Assembly: GCA_046756945.1 (NCBI GenBank)
Contig: JBHHXI010000001.1
Span: forward strand, 3,946-67,945
Origin: Rhodospirillales bacterium
Lineage (GTDB): Bacteria > Pseudomonadota > Alphaproteobacteria > Rhodospirillales > 2-02-FULL-58-16
Length of the DNA stretch: 64,000 bases
Direction: 5' to 3'
How positions within the stretch are numbered: the first letter of the stretch is position 1; every line of letters starts with the position of its first letter. The position numbers and the translations under genes are program-made. The notes beneath the pieces are model-generated. The model had not been told where the DNA came from and ran no database searches. It saw only the letters and a program-made list of their open reading frames with translations. Positions 1-12,189 of the stretch are shown piece after piece.

Positions 1-119
1 CACGGTGTGCCGGTAAAACGCGGACGCGGCGACCAGGCCGATGTCGGCGGCCAGGCGGCGCTTGACCCGGCCTAAGCGCGGCGCCTTGACGAACAGGACG
101 AGATGGCTGGCCGGTCTCA
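1..119 (-). CDS. N-terminal fragment of a DUF2064 / TIGR04282-like (CofC-like) glycosyltransferase-associated protein; continues beyond the window
   Basis: Not in the ORF track. Hand translation of the minus strand from ATG at 119 gives MRPASHLVLFVKAPRLGRVKRRLAADIGLVAASAFYRHTV. This resembles the N-terminus remembered for the DUF2064 family, which usually sits beside a GT2 gene. Confidence 0.45.
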
Positions 120-134
120 TGGGGCTCCTTGATA

Positions 135-848
135 TCACCGGTAGATGCGGGCGATCAGCTTGGGCGGGACGCCGAGAAAGTACAGGCCCAGGCAGGCGAG
201 ATTGCGCAAGGGGCGGGCCACGTATCCGCCGCGGCGGTAGCGTTCGGCCGAGGCGACGGCGGCCACGTCCAGGACGACGAGGCGGCGACGCCCGATGCGC
301 CGGACGATGTCCACGTCCTCCATCAGGGGGATGGGTGCGAAGCCGCCGATGTCGTCGTAGAACCGGCGCCCGATCAACAGCCCCTGGTCCCCGTAGGGCA
401 GGCCAAACGTCGTGCCGCGCCACGCCACCATGCGTTCCAGGCGCCTGGCCGCCGGCGCCGGATCGTCCAGGGCAAACCGGAAGACCGCCGCCCGCCGGCG
501 GTTGTCGGGCGCCGCGGCGAAGGCGCCGACGGCCTCCGCCCACCCGGGCGCGGGCACGGTGTCGGCGTGGAGGAACAGCAGCCACTTCGAGGTGGCGGCC
601 CCGGCCCCGGCGGCCAGTTGCCGGCCCCGCCCGCGGGGCGCATCGACGATGCGTGCCCCATGGCGCGCCGCCACCTGGCGGGTGGCGTCGGCCGATCCCC
701 CGTCGGCGACGATCACTTCGCCGGCGATGTCGGCCCCGGCGACGGCCTGCAGGGTTCGTCCCAGGCTGTCGGCGGCCTCGAGCGTCGGGATGACGATGCT
801 GAGCACGGCGGCGCGATTCCTTCCCAGGCTTCGACCGATGCATAGCAC
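135..848 (-). CDS. family 2 glycosyltransferase (TIGR04283-like, partner of DUF2064)
   Basis: Track ORF 135..1145. The GT2 signature (VLSIVIPTLEAADSL, VADGGSAD, LFLHADT) starts about 113 aa in, and the upstream part overlaps the divergent rSAM gene. I trimmed the start to the in-frame GTG at 848; the start is uncertain. Confidence 0.7.
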   Translation of the reverse strand: MLCIGRSLGRNRAAVLSIVIPTLEAADSLGRTLQAVAGADIAGEVIVADGGSADATRQVAARHGARIVDAPRGRGRQLAAGAGAATSKWLLFLHADTVPAPGWAEAVGAFAAAPDNRRRAAVFRFALDDPAPAARRLERMVAWRGTTFGLPYGDQGLLIGRRFYDDIGGFAPIPLMEDVDIVRRIGRRRLVVLDVAAVASAERYRRGGYVARPLRNLACLGLYFLGVPPKLIARIYR

Positions 849-930
849 ACCCCGGGCACGGACGACACGGACCCACGGGACGGGCCGAATGTTCTTGAAA
901 TGTTCTAACCGTTTCGGATACCCTGTCCCC

Positions 931-2016
931 ATGGACGAGCCATTGCCGGCGATGCCTGTCAAGGGCCGGGGCGCCGTCAGCAACCCGGCCGGGCGCTTCG
1001 AGGCGGAGTCCCACCATGCCGTCGACGACGGCTGGGACCTGGACGAAGACCTGCCGGCGCTTAAGACCACGGTGACCGAGGACACCTGCCGCACCGTCCT
1101 GTCGTGGAACGACTCGCCGGACTTAGGCTTCGACCGCTCGATCAACCCCTATCGGGGCTGCGAGCACGGCTGCGTCTATTGCTACGCCCGGCCCACCCAT
1201 GCCTTCCTCGGCCTGTCGCCGGGACTGGACTTCGAAACCCGCCTGTTCGCCAAGTCCGATGCCCCGGCGCTGCTGGAGAACGCGCTGCGCAAGCCGTCGT
1301 ATCGCTGCCGGACCATCATGCTCGGCGCCAACACCGATCCCTACCAGCCCATTGAGCGCCACCGCTCGATCACCCGGCGCATCCTCGAGGTGCTGGCGGC
1401 CTTCAACCATCCGGTGGCCATCGCCACCAAATCCGCCCTCGTCAGGCGCGACATCGACATCCTGGCGCCCATGGCGGCCAGGGGGCTGGCGTCGGTCGGC
1501 GTCTCCGTCACCACCCTGGACAGGGCGCTGGCGCGGACCCTGGAACCCCGCGCGGCGACGCCCGCCAGGCGCCTGGAGACCATCCGCGCGCTGGGCGATG
1601 CCGGCATCCCCACCCATGTGATGGCGGCGCCGATGATACCGTTCCTCAACGACGCCGAGCTCGAGCGCATCCTGGAGGCGGCGGCCGGCGCCGGGGCGGC
1701 CGGGGCCAACTACATCCTCCTGCGCCTGCCGCTCGAGCTCAAGGGCCTGTTCACCGAATGGCTGGAGACCCATGCCCCGGGCAAGGCCGGCCACGTGCTC
1801 AACCGGCTCCGGGAAAGCCGCGACGGCATGCTGTACGTCTCCGACTTCGCCACCCGCATGCGCGGCACCGGGGTGCACGCGGAACTGCTGGCCAGGCGCT
1901 TCCGCCTGGCGTGCCGGCGCTGGGGACTGGAGAACGCCCGCGCCGCCGGCTTCGGCCTGGACCGGACGCAGTTCCAGCCGCCGCCAAGGACCGGCGATCA
2001 GCTCGCCCTGTTCTAG
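931..2016 (+). CDS. radical SAM protein, PA0069-like family
   Basis: Track ORF 412..2016 trimmed to ATG 931 (MDEPLPAMPVKGRGAVSNPAGRFE). Contains the CxxxCxxC motif GCEHGCVYCYA. Confidence 0.8.
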   Translation: MDEPLPAMPVKGRGAVSNPAGRFEAESHHAVDDGWDLDEDLPALKTTVTEDTCRTVLSWNDSPDLGFDRSINPYRGCEHGCVYCYARPTHAFLGLSPGLDFETRLFAKSDAPALLENALRKPSYRCRTIMLGANTDPYQPIERHRSITRRILEVLAAFNHPVAIATKSALVRRDIDILAPMAARGLASVGVSVTTLDRALARTLEPRAATPARRLETIRALGDAGIPTHVMAAPMIPFLNDAELERILEAAAGAGAAGANYILLRLPLELKGLFTEWLETHAPGKAGHVLNRLRESRDGMLYVSDFATRMRGTGVHAELLARRFRLACRRWGLENARAAGFGLDRTQFQPPPRTGDQLALF

Positions 2017-2141
2017 TTCACGGACGTATTACCTGGTGCCGCGAGTGGCGATGTCCGCGTACAGGTCCACGCCGGTCGACCGTAACGGCCTCGGCGAACG
2101 GCCGGGTTTGGCCCTAAACGGGCGTTTACGGCGCCGGGTGC

Positions 2142-2321
2142 TTATTCCCCGGCCCGCTCGGCCTGCTCGGCCTGTCTGATTCGTTCGGCATCTTCCTTGA
2201 GCTTCCTCGCCTGCTCCCGGACCCGCTCCTGGCGTTCGCGCTCCTCCTCTTCGAGCACCTGCTGGCGTCGCCTCCTGCCTTCCTCGTCGGCGCCGATGAG
2301 CTTCTTCAGAGCGTCCAACAT
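2142..2321 (-). CDS. hypothetical 59-aa Glu/Arg-rich (coiled-coil-like) small protein
   Basis: Not in the track because it falls below the length cut-off. Hand translation gives MLDALKKLIGADEEGRRRRQQVLEEEERERQERVREQARKLKEDAERIRQAEQAERAGE*. A GGAGG sits about 6 nt upstream of the ATG, and third codon positions are GC-rich. Confidence 0.45.
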   Translation of the reverse strand: MLDALKKLIGADEEGRRRRQQVLEEEERERQERVREQARKLKEDAERIRQAEQAERAGE

Positions 2322-2684
2322 GCCAACCTCCTTCAGTCGAGTGAACGCAATCAGCCGCCTCTGCGGCCTCGGTTGCCGTGGAGCCCGTCCGGGTAGTCCC
2401 GCGTCAAAAACGAAAGGATGGCTGCCGCGTTCCCAGCCGGACCCCTCCGGTTCCCGACAAGGTTAGCGCAAGCCAAAAGGCGTGTCCATTGGCGGCCCGT
2501 TGCCGGCTCATGGCACCAGGAGGGAGTGCCGAAATGCGCGGATTTTCGACCGCTGTCGGCGCGAAAGCCGACATCGACGCCCCGCCGCTGAGCCAACTCT
2601 CGTCAGGGAACACGGCCTGGCCCGGAACTTGATGGCCTCTCCTGTGCCGCGATGGAAGCGCGACGGGCCGGCGGCGTGGCGGGA

Positions 2685-2927
2685 TCACAGGTCGAGGGCG
2701 CGTTTGTAGAGCTCCAGCATCGCCTCCTCTTCGCGCCGGTCGGCCTGGTCGAGGCGCCTGAGGCGCACGATCTGGCGCACGATCTTGGCGTTGAACCCGG
2801 CGCCCTTGGCTTCCGAGTAAACCTCGCGGATGTCGGCGGTGATCGCCGCTTTCTCTTCCTCCAGACGCTCGATGCGCTCCACGACCGTGCGCAGGCGATC
2901 CGCCGCTATGCCGCCGATTTCCGCCAT
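2685..2927 (-). CDS. DUF2312 (UPF0335) family protein
   Basis: C-terminal 80 aa of track ORF 2685..3455: MAEIGGIAADRLRTVVERIERLEEEKAAITADIREVYSEAKGAGFNAKIVRQIVRLRRLD. ATG at 2927 is preceded by GGAG. Confidence 0.8.
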   Translation of the reverse strand: MAEIGGIAADRLRTVVERIERLEEEKAAITADIREVYSEAKGAGFNAKIVRQIVRLRRLDQADRREEEAMLELYKRALDL

Positions 2928-3251
2928 TGTCCGCTCCTTTTCCTGCCGGTTCCCGCGGCCCCCGGGGGGACAAGGGGGGGTGTCGCCCGGACGGCGCAAG
3001 ATAATCGTCCATGGCGGCGGTGCGCAAGCGCTCGCCGTGCCTCCCCGCATTCGCCATCCGGCGACCCCGGACGCGGCCCATGCGCCCCCCATGGGCGGGA
3101 CGGTGTGGCCAAGCCGTTTTCCGTCGCATCCGTTTGCCGGTATATTCTGGAGGCTATCGACTATCCGCGGCAGTTCGTCGCCTCCAACACATATTACGGT
3201 CCCGACCGCCGGCGCCGGAACGACGCCCCGCCGGCGGAGGAGCGGCGGGTG

Positions 3252-3470
3252 ATGAAGGAACAGGACATCACCATCGTCTATTCCGCCGACAAGGTGGTGA
3301 AGCCCAAGGAGGCGACGGACGTGTGGTACTTCCGCCTGCCCAACGCCCTTAAGGACAAGGCCGGCGGCATGGGCACCGGCGGCCCCGGCGCGCTGCCCAC
3401 CGCGCTGCTCGAGGAGGCGGAAGAGCAGCTTGGGCGGGCGGCCATCGACAAGCACACCATTGCGGCATGA
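3252..3470 (+). CDS. hypothetical 72-aa protein
   Basis: Tail of track ORF 2652..3470 (MKEQDITIVYSADKVVKPKEATDVWYFRLPNALKDK...). GGAGGAG lies 9-15 nt upstream and GC3 codon usage is strong. A GTG at 3249 is an alternative start. No family recognised. Confidence 0.45.
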   Translation: MKEQDITIVYSADKVVKPKEATDVWYFRLPNALKDKAGGMGTGGPGALPTALLEEAEEQLGRAAIDKHTIAA

Positions 3471-3488
3471 CGCGGGCAGGCCGGCCGG

Positions 3489-4625
3489 CTAAAGCCCCAG
3501 TACCGTATCCTCTATCAGCATGTCGACCACGGCGGCCAGCGCCTCTTCCCGGCTGGCGCCGGCATTCACGGCGTCCGTGTACGTGGTGAGCTGGCGGTGG
3601 GCGCTGGTGCCGCGCCTGATAATTTCGCGGCAATGGCCGACCTCGGTCAAACAGCCGAAGGCCGTGGCGTCCTCGTCGATCAATTCCAGAAGCTCGTCGA
3701 CGAGTTCCGCGCAGGGCACCACCTCGCCCTTGCCGAAGTCCACCAGTCCCTCGTCGAGGCCATAGCGCTGCGCCCGCCAGCGGTTCTCGTTGACCAGCAT
3801 GGCGGCGTAAATGCGCCAGCGCTGGTTGTTGCGCCTGAGCCGGAAGAGAAAACGGACGATGCAGACGAAAAGGGCGGCGATGGCCACGGCGTCCTCGAGG
3901 CGCGTGCAGACGTCGGTGATGCGCATCTCCAGGGTCGGGAACCGGGCGCTGGGGCGCACGTCCCACCACAGCATGGAAGCGTCCTTGATCAGCCCGGCGC
4001 CGGTCAGCACGTCCACGTGGCGCTGGTATTCCATGTACGAGGTGAAGCGCTCGGGAAGGCCGGTGCGCGGCAGCTCGTCAAAGACGCTGAGCCGGTATGA
4101 TTTCAGCCCCGTGTCCACGCCCCGCCAGAAGGGCGACGACGTGCTGAGCGCCAACAGGTGGGGCAGGAAGTAGCCGATCTGGTTCATCAGGTCGATGCGC
4201 AGCTCGTCGTCCTCGATGCCCACGTGCACATGCATGCCGCAGATCACCAGCCGCCGCGCCACGGCCTGCATGTCGCGGGCGAGGACGTTGTAGCGGTCCT
4301 TGTCGGTATGGGTCTGTTCCTGCCATTCCGAGAAGGGATGGGTGGAGGCGGCGATGGTGGCAAGGCCGCATTCGGCCGCCACCTCGGACACGGTGCGGCG
4401 CAGCCGCGCCAGGTCGTCGGCCGCCTGCTGCACGGTCTGGGAAACCCGGGTGCCCACCTCGATCTGCGATTTCAGGAACTCGGGCCGAACCAGTCCCTTG
4501 ATGCGGGCCTCGCATTCCTCGAACATGGCGGCGGGCGGATCGCCGGCCAGGTCGCGGGTGGCGCGGTCGACGAGCAGGTATTCCTCTTCGATGCCGATGG
4601 TGAAGGTGGGTTCGTCGACGGGCAT
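3489..4625 (-). CDS. carboxylate-amine ligase, YbdK / GCS2 (glutamate-cysteine ligase family 2)
   Basis: Track ORF of 378 aa. N-terminus FTIGIEEEYLLVD and overall length are typical of the GCS2 family. Confidence 0.8.
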   Translation of the reverse strand: MPVDEPTFTIGIEEEYLLVDRATRDLAGDPPAAMFEECEARIKGLVRPEFLKSQIEVGTRVSQTVQQAADDLARLRRTVSEVAAECGLATIAASTHPFSEWQEQTHTDKDRYNVLARDMQAVARRLVICGMHVHVGIEDDELRIDLMNQIGYFLPHLLALSTSSPFWRGVDTGLKSYRLSVFDELPRTGLPERFTSYMEYQRHVDVLTGAGLIKDASMLWWDVRPSARFPTLEMRITDVCTRLEDAVAIAALFVCIVRFLFRLRRNNQRWRIYAAMLVNENRWRAQRYGLDEGLVDFGKGEVVPCAELVDELLELIDEDATAFGCLTEVGHCREIIRRGTSAHRQLTTYTDAVNAGASREEALAAVVDMLIEDTVLGL

Positions 4626-5441
4626 CTAAAAATGCTCCACTTGGTGCAGGGAGTCGCGGCCGACGAGCCCGTCCAGGACATCGCCCAGAATCCCTGCCCA
4701 GCGCTCCGCCCCCCCGGCCGCGTCCAGGTGGTCCTGGCGAATCTCGACGACGCAGTTGGGCAGGCCGGCGGCGCCCCCGTGCCGGTCGATGGAGTAGGCC
4801 ACCTCGAGGCCCGAATAGGGCTTGTTGTCGCCCACGCGCAGGTTTCCCCAGGCGCCGAGCCTTTCGATCAGCGGCGCCGCCAGGCGCGCATCCCGGTTCC
4901 ACAACAGGCCGATATCCCAGGGCCGGTCTTCGCCGTCCATGGACGGGGTGAAGCTGTGAACCGAGACCAGCGCCGGCGCCGTGCCCCTGCGCCACAGGCC
5001 GGCGAGCGCGCTGGTAACCGCGTCGTGGTAGGGCCGGAAGAACGTCTCCACCCGTTCGGCCCGTTCCCTGCCGCTCAAGCCCCGGTTACCGGGAATGACG
5101 ACGCCGTCGCTGACCTCGGGAACGGACGCCGGGTCGGCGGGGTGGCGGTTGCAATCGACGACCAGGCGCGAATACCCCGCCAGCAGCGCCGGCGCGTCGA
5201 GGCGCGCGGCGAGGCGCCGGGTCACCGCGCCGGCGCCGATGTCCCAGGCGATGTGCTCCCTCAACAGGTCCGCAGCCAGGCCCAGGGTGCCCAGCGCCGC
5301 CGGGATGGCGCGGCTGGCGTGGTCGCAGATCAAGAGGACCGGCGTCGTGCCTTCCCCGTTGAGGAATTCGAAAACGGGCGGCTCGTCCGGCCCGAGGAGG
5401 GCCGGGCCGTCCGCCAGGGGTCCGGCACCCGAGTCGTTCAT
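4626..5441 (-). CDS. N-formylglutamate amidohydrolase family protein
   Basis: Track ORF 4626..5459, whose start there is TTG. ATG at 5441 (MNDSGAG...) is preferred. Motif VLLICDHASRAIP. Its stop abuts the GCS2 start with zero gap. Confidence 0.75.
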   Translation of the reverse strand: MNDSGAGPLADGPALLGPDEPPVFEFLNGEGTTPVLLICDHASRAIPAALGTLGLAADLLREHIAWDIGAGAVTRRLAARLDAPALLAGYSRLVVDCNRHPADPASVPEVSDGVVIPGNRGLSGRERAERVETFFRPYHDAVTSALAGLWRRGTAPALVSVHSFTPSMDGEDRPWDIGLLWNRDARLAAPLIERLGAWGNLRVGDNKPYSGLEVAYSIDRHGGAAGLPNCVVEIRQDHLDAAGGAERWAGILGDVLDGLVGRDSLHQVEHF

Positions 5442-5573
5442 GGCATGACTATAGCGCAAGACGCCGGGTCTTCGAGCGTGGATTTGGCGCCCGGCGCGGG
5501 GCCGCCCCCGGCGCGGAGCCGGTTGCGGCCTGTTCTGTAAAATTTTATGTAAATTTAAGTAAAGTAAAAATTA

Positions 5574-5603
5574 TTGACCCTATAGGCCAAGAAACCATAA
5601 AAT
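5574..5603 (+). promoter_or_regulatory. sigma70-like promoter, TTGACC-N16..18-CATAAAAT
   Basis: TTGACC at 5574-5579 and CATAAAAT at 5596-5603, in an AT-rich gap. No plus-strand CDS lies downstream. Confidence 0.4.
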
Positions 5604-5658
5604 GTTTGCGTTTCCTCCCCAAACTTGGGCCGTGCCATTCGAGGCACGGCCTTTTTTT
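5604..5658 (+). ncRNA. candidate small RNA: CCUCC-loop hairpin plus intrinsic terminator
   Basis: GTTTG (5604-5608) pairs with CAAAC (5620-5624) around the loop CGTTTCCTCCC. This is followed by the stem GGCCGTGCC / GGCACGGCC (5628-5651) and T7 (5652-5658). The 5' end is unresolved. Confidence 0.35.
5628..5658 (+). terminator. intrinsic terminator: 9-bp GC stem, 6-nt loop, T7
   Basis: Read directly from the sequence. The T-tract is present only on the plus strand; on the minus (gyrB) strand the stem is followed by CAAGTTTGGGG. Confidence 0.6.
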
Positions 5659-5733
5659 GTTCTTCTCCGGTATTGTATGCGGGAGGCGGCACAGCCGCGC
5701 CCCGTGCCCGCCAGGGACCCGATCAGCGGCCCG

Positions 5734-9412
<3,679 letters not shown>

Positions 9413-9458
9413 GGTGTCCAGTTCCGCCAAACCTTGCGAGGAGATCAGGGCCGTGTCC

Positions 9459-10577
9459 TCACACCCGCATGGGCATGAGCACATAGAGTGCCCCGCCGTC
9501 GCCCGCCTCGCGCAGAATCGTCGGCGACGCCGCGTCCGCCATGGCGACCCGGGCGTTGTCGCCCTCGATCTGTTGGGTGATGTCGAGCAGGTAGCGCGAA
9601 TTGAAGCCGATCTCGATAGCCTCGCCGCTGTAGGTGACCTCCAGTTCCTCGGTGGCCGTGCCGTTCTCCGGACTGCTCGCCGACAAGACCAGATTGCCGT
9701 CACTCAACGACAGCTTCACCGCCCGCGATTTCTCGCTGGAGATGGCGGACACCCGGTCCACGGCCTCCGCCAACTGCCGGCGGTCGACCTCCAGCTCCTT
9801 GTCATTGCCGGTGGGGATGACGCGCTGGTAATCGGGAAAGGTGCCGTCGATCACCTTCGACGTCAGCACCGCATCGTCGAAGGCAAAGCGGACCACGGTC
9901 TCCGACAGCGAGACGGCGATTTCCGCCGTCGTCTCTTCGATGAGCTTGCACAGCTCGGTGACCGTCTTGCGCGGGACGATGATGCCGGCCATGCCTTTCG
10001 CGCCCTCGGGCAGGGGCACCTCGACGCTGGCCAGGCGGTGGCCGTCGGTGGCCACGGCGCGCAGCACATCGACGCCTTCGCGCTCGGCGGCGTGCAGGTA
10101 AATGCCGTTGAGGTAGTACCGGGTTTCCTCGGTCGAGATGGCGAACCGCGTGCGGTCGATCACGGTGCGCAGGTCCGCCGCCGCCAGACGGAAGGTGTGG
10201 GGCAGGTCCCCTCCCGACATCACCGGGTAGTCCTCGGGCGGCAGGCAGGCCAGGGAGAAGCGGGAACGCCCGGAAACCAGGGTGAGACGCTCGTCATCGC
10301 CGCCCCGTTCGATTTCGATCTGCGAGCCGTCGGGCAGCTTGCGCACGATGTCGTAGAGGGTGTGCGCCGGCGCCGTGGTGGCGCCCGGGGTGGCCACCTC
10401 GGCCTCCACGCTTTCGACCACGTCCAGGTCCAGGTCGGTGGCGTTCAGGCGCAGACGGTTGTCGCCGGCCTCCATTTTCACGTTCGAGAGGATGAGAATG
10501 GTGTTGCGCCGTTCGACCACGCTTTGCACGTGTCCCAGCGATTTCAAGAACGCGGCCCGTTCGATGGTGAGTTTCAT
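9459..10577 (-). CDS. dnaN: DNA polymerase III subunit beta
   Basis: Track ORF 9459..10619 trimmed to ATG 10577 (MKLTIERAAFLKSLGHVQSVVERRNTILILSNV). Confidence 0.95.
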   Translation of the reverse strand: MKLTIERAAFLKSLGHVQSVVERRNTILILSNVKMEAGDNRLRLNATDLDLDVVESVEAEVATPGATTAPAHTLYDIVRKLPDGSQIEIERGGDDERLTLVSGRSRFSLACLPPEDYPVMSGGDLPHTFRLAAADLRTVIDRTRFAISTEETRYYLNGIYLHAAEREGVDVLRAVATDGHRLASVEVPLPEGAKGMAGIIVPRKTVTELCKLIEETTAEIAVSLSETVVRFAFDDAVLTSKVIDGTFPDYQRVIPTGNDKELEVDRRQLAEAVDRVSAISSEKSRAVKLSLSDGNLVLSASSPENGTATEELEVTYSGEAIEIGFNSRYLLDITQQIEGDNARVAMADAASPTILREAGDGGALYVLMPMRV

Positions 10578-10791
10578 GGCGTCTTCAAGGTCCGTGGTTT
10601 GGCTGGCGCGCACGCGCACGCCGCGACATCCGGGCCCCTCGGGGAAAGGCGGCGCATGGGGCCGTGAAAATGCCCCGTGAGAAGGCTGTCATTATAGCAA
10701 AAACCATTGGAATCCGAAGCAATTTCCGCTCCGGCGGGCGTCCGTCCCGGGACCCGGAACATCGCCCCTGAAGGCGCCGCCGAAAAGTCCG

Positions 10792-12189
10792 TCAGCCCTC
10801 CAACATGCGGCGCAGGAGTTCCACGTCCTCGGCGAAGCCGGAGTCGTACTCGCGCAACTCCTCCACCTTGCGCACGGCGTGCATCACCGTGGTGTGGTCG
10901 CGTCCGCCGAACTTGCGTCCGATCTCGGGCAGCGAGCGCGACGTCAGCTGCTTGGCCAGATACATGGCCACCTGGCGGGGGCGGGCGACGGAGCGGGCGC
11001 GCCTGGCCGAGTGCATGTCGGAGAGGCGGACGTTGAAGTGGGACGCGACGCGCTTCTGAATTTCCTCGATGGTGACGCGCCGGTCGTTGGCGCGCAGCAG
11101 GTCGTGAATCACCTCCTGGGTGGTCTCCAATGAAATGCTGCGCCCCACCAGTTGCGCATGGGCGACGATGCGGTTGAGCGCGCCTTCGAGCTCGCGCACG
11201 TTCGCCGTGATCTTGTGGGCCAGGAACTCCATCACCTTGCCCGGCACCTCGACGCCCATCTGCTCGGCCTTGGACTGGAGGATTCCCAGGCGCAGCTCGT
11301 AGGTGGTGGCGTGGATGTCGCCGACCAGGCCGCAGCTGAGGCGGGATTTCAGGCGCTCCTCCATGCCTTCCAGGTCCGACGGCGACTTGTCGGCGGAGAT
11401 GACGATCTGCCGTCCCTGATCGACCAGGGCGTTGAACGTGTGGAAGAACTCCTCCTGCGTCGAGTCCTTGCCGCTGATGAACTGCACGTCGTCGATCATC
11501 AACACGTCGACGGAGCGGAACTGGTCCTTGAAGTCCACCGTGTTCTTCTCGCGCAGGGCGCGGATGAACCGGTACATGAACTTCTCCGCCGAAAGGTAAA
11601 TGACCGTGCGCGAGGGATCGCCGTTACGGATGTACCAGGCGATGGCGTGCATGAGATGGGTCTTGCCCAGTCCCACGCCGCCGTACAGGAACAGCGGGTT
11701 GAACAGCACCGTCGTCGCCTCGGCGACGCGGTGGGCGGCGGCGTAGGCGAATTCGTTGGGCTTGCCGACGACGAAATTCTCGAACGTGAAGCGGCGATCC
11801 AGCGGCGCGCTGAGGTCGTCGCTGTAATGTCCGCTGTACTGTCCGCCGTTGTCGGTGGTTGCGGGCCCGGCCGCGGCGGTGGAGTCCTTCTCGTCGGACG
11901 GCGCCGCGGCCGCCTGGTAGCGTTCGGGCTGGACGAAAACGTCGACCGCGCGGATCGCCGTGTCCTCGCCGTTCCACAGGGTGAACAACCGGTCCGCGTA
12001 GTGGGCCACCACCCAGTCGCGCATGAAACGGGTGGGGACGGAGATTCTCACCTGACCGTCACGCACGCCGCGCATGGTCATGGGTTTCACCCAACTCTGG
12101 TACGCGGCCTCGCCGATCTCCATGCGCAGGCGGCTGCAAACCGATGCCCACTGCTCATCGACAAGGTTGTCGGTCGTCCCCGTTCCCAT
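10792..12189 (-). CDS. dnaA: chromosomal replication initiator protein DnaA
   Basis: Track ORF 10792..12249, which begins with GTG. ATG at 12189 ([17 protein letters not shown]) is preferred. Contains Walker [14 protein letters not shown] and the C-terminal DNA-binding domain. Confidence 0.95.
   Translation of the reverse strand: MGTGTTDNLVDEQWASVCSRLRMEIGEAAYQSWVKPMTMRGVRDGQVRISVPTRFMRDWVVAHYADRLFTLWNGEDTAIRAVDVFVQPERYQAAAAPSDEKDSTAAAGPATTDNGGQYSGHYSDDLSAPLDRRFTFENFVVGKPNEFAYAAAHRVAEATTVLFNPLFLYGGVGLGKTHLMHAIAWYIRNGDPSRTVIYLSAEKFMYRFIRALREKNTVDFKDQFRSVDVLMIDDVQFISGKDSTQEEFFHTFNALVDQGRQIVISADKSPSDLEGMEERLKSRLSCGLVGDIHATTYELRLGILQSKAEQMGVEVPGKVMEFLAHKITANVRELEGALNRIVAHAQLVGRSISLETTQEVIHDLLRANDRRVTIEEIQKRVASHFNVRLSDMHSARRARSVARPRQVAMYLAKQLTSRSLPEIGRKFGGRDHTTVMHAVRKVEELREYDSGFAEDVELLRRMLEG

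Noticed and set aside
2598-2605. A hammerhead-ribozyme-like CUGACGAG core on the minus strand.
   Set aside because: The sequence between it and the downstream GAAA cannot form a closing stem II (GAGUUGGC against CAGCGGUC). No stem I or stem III with a cleavage-site context was found.
10578-10791. The dnaA-dnaN intergenic gap as a possible oriC.
   Set aside because: It is only 214 bp and GC-rich apart from one short patch. I found no DnaA-box-like 9-mers or AT-rich unwinding element by eye.
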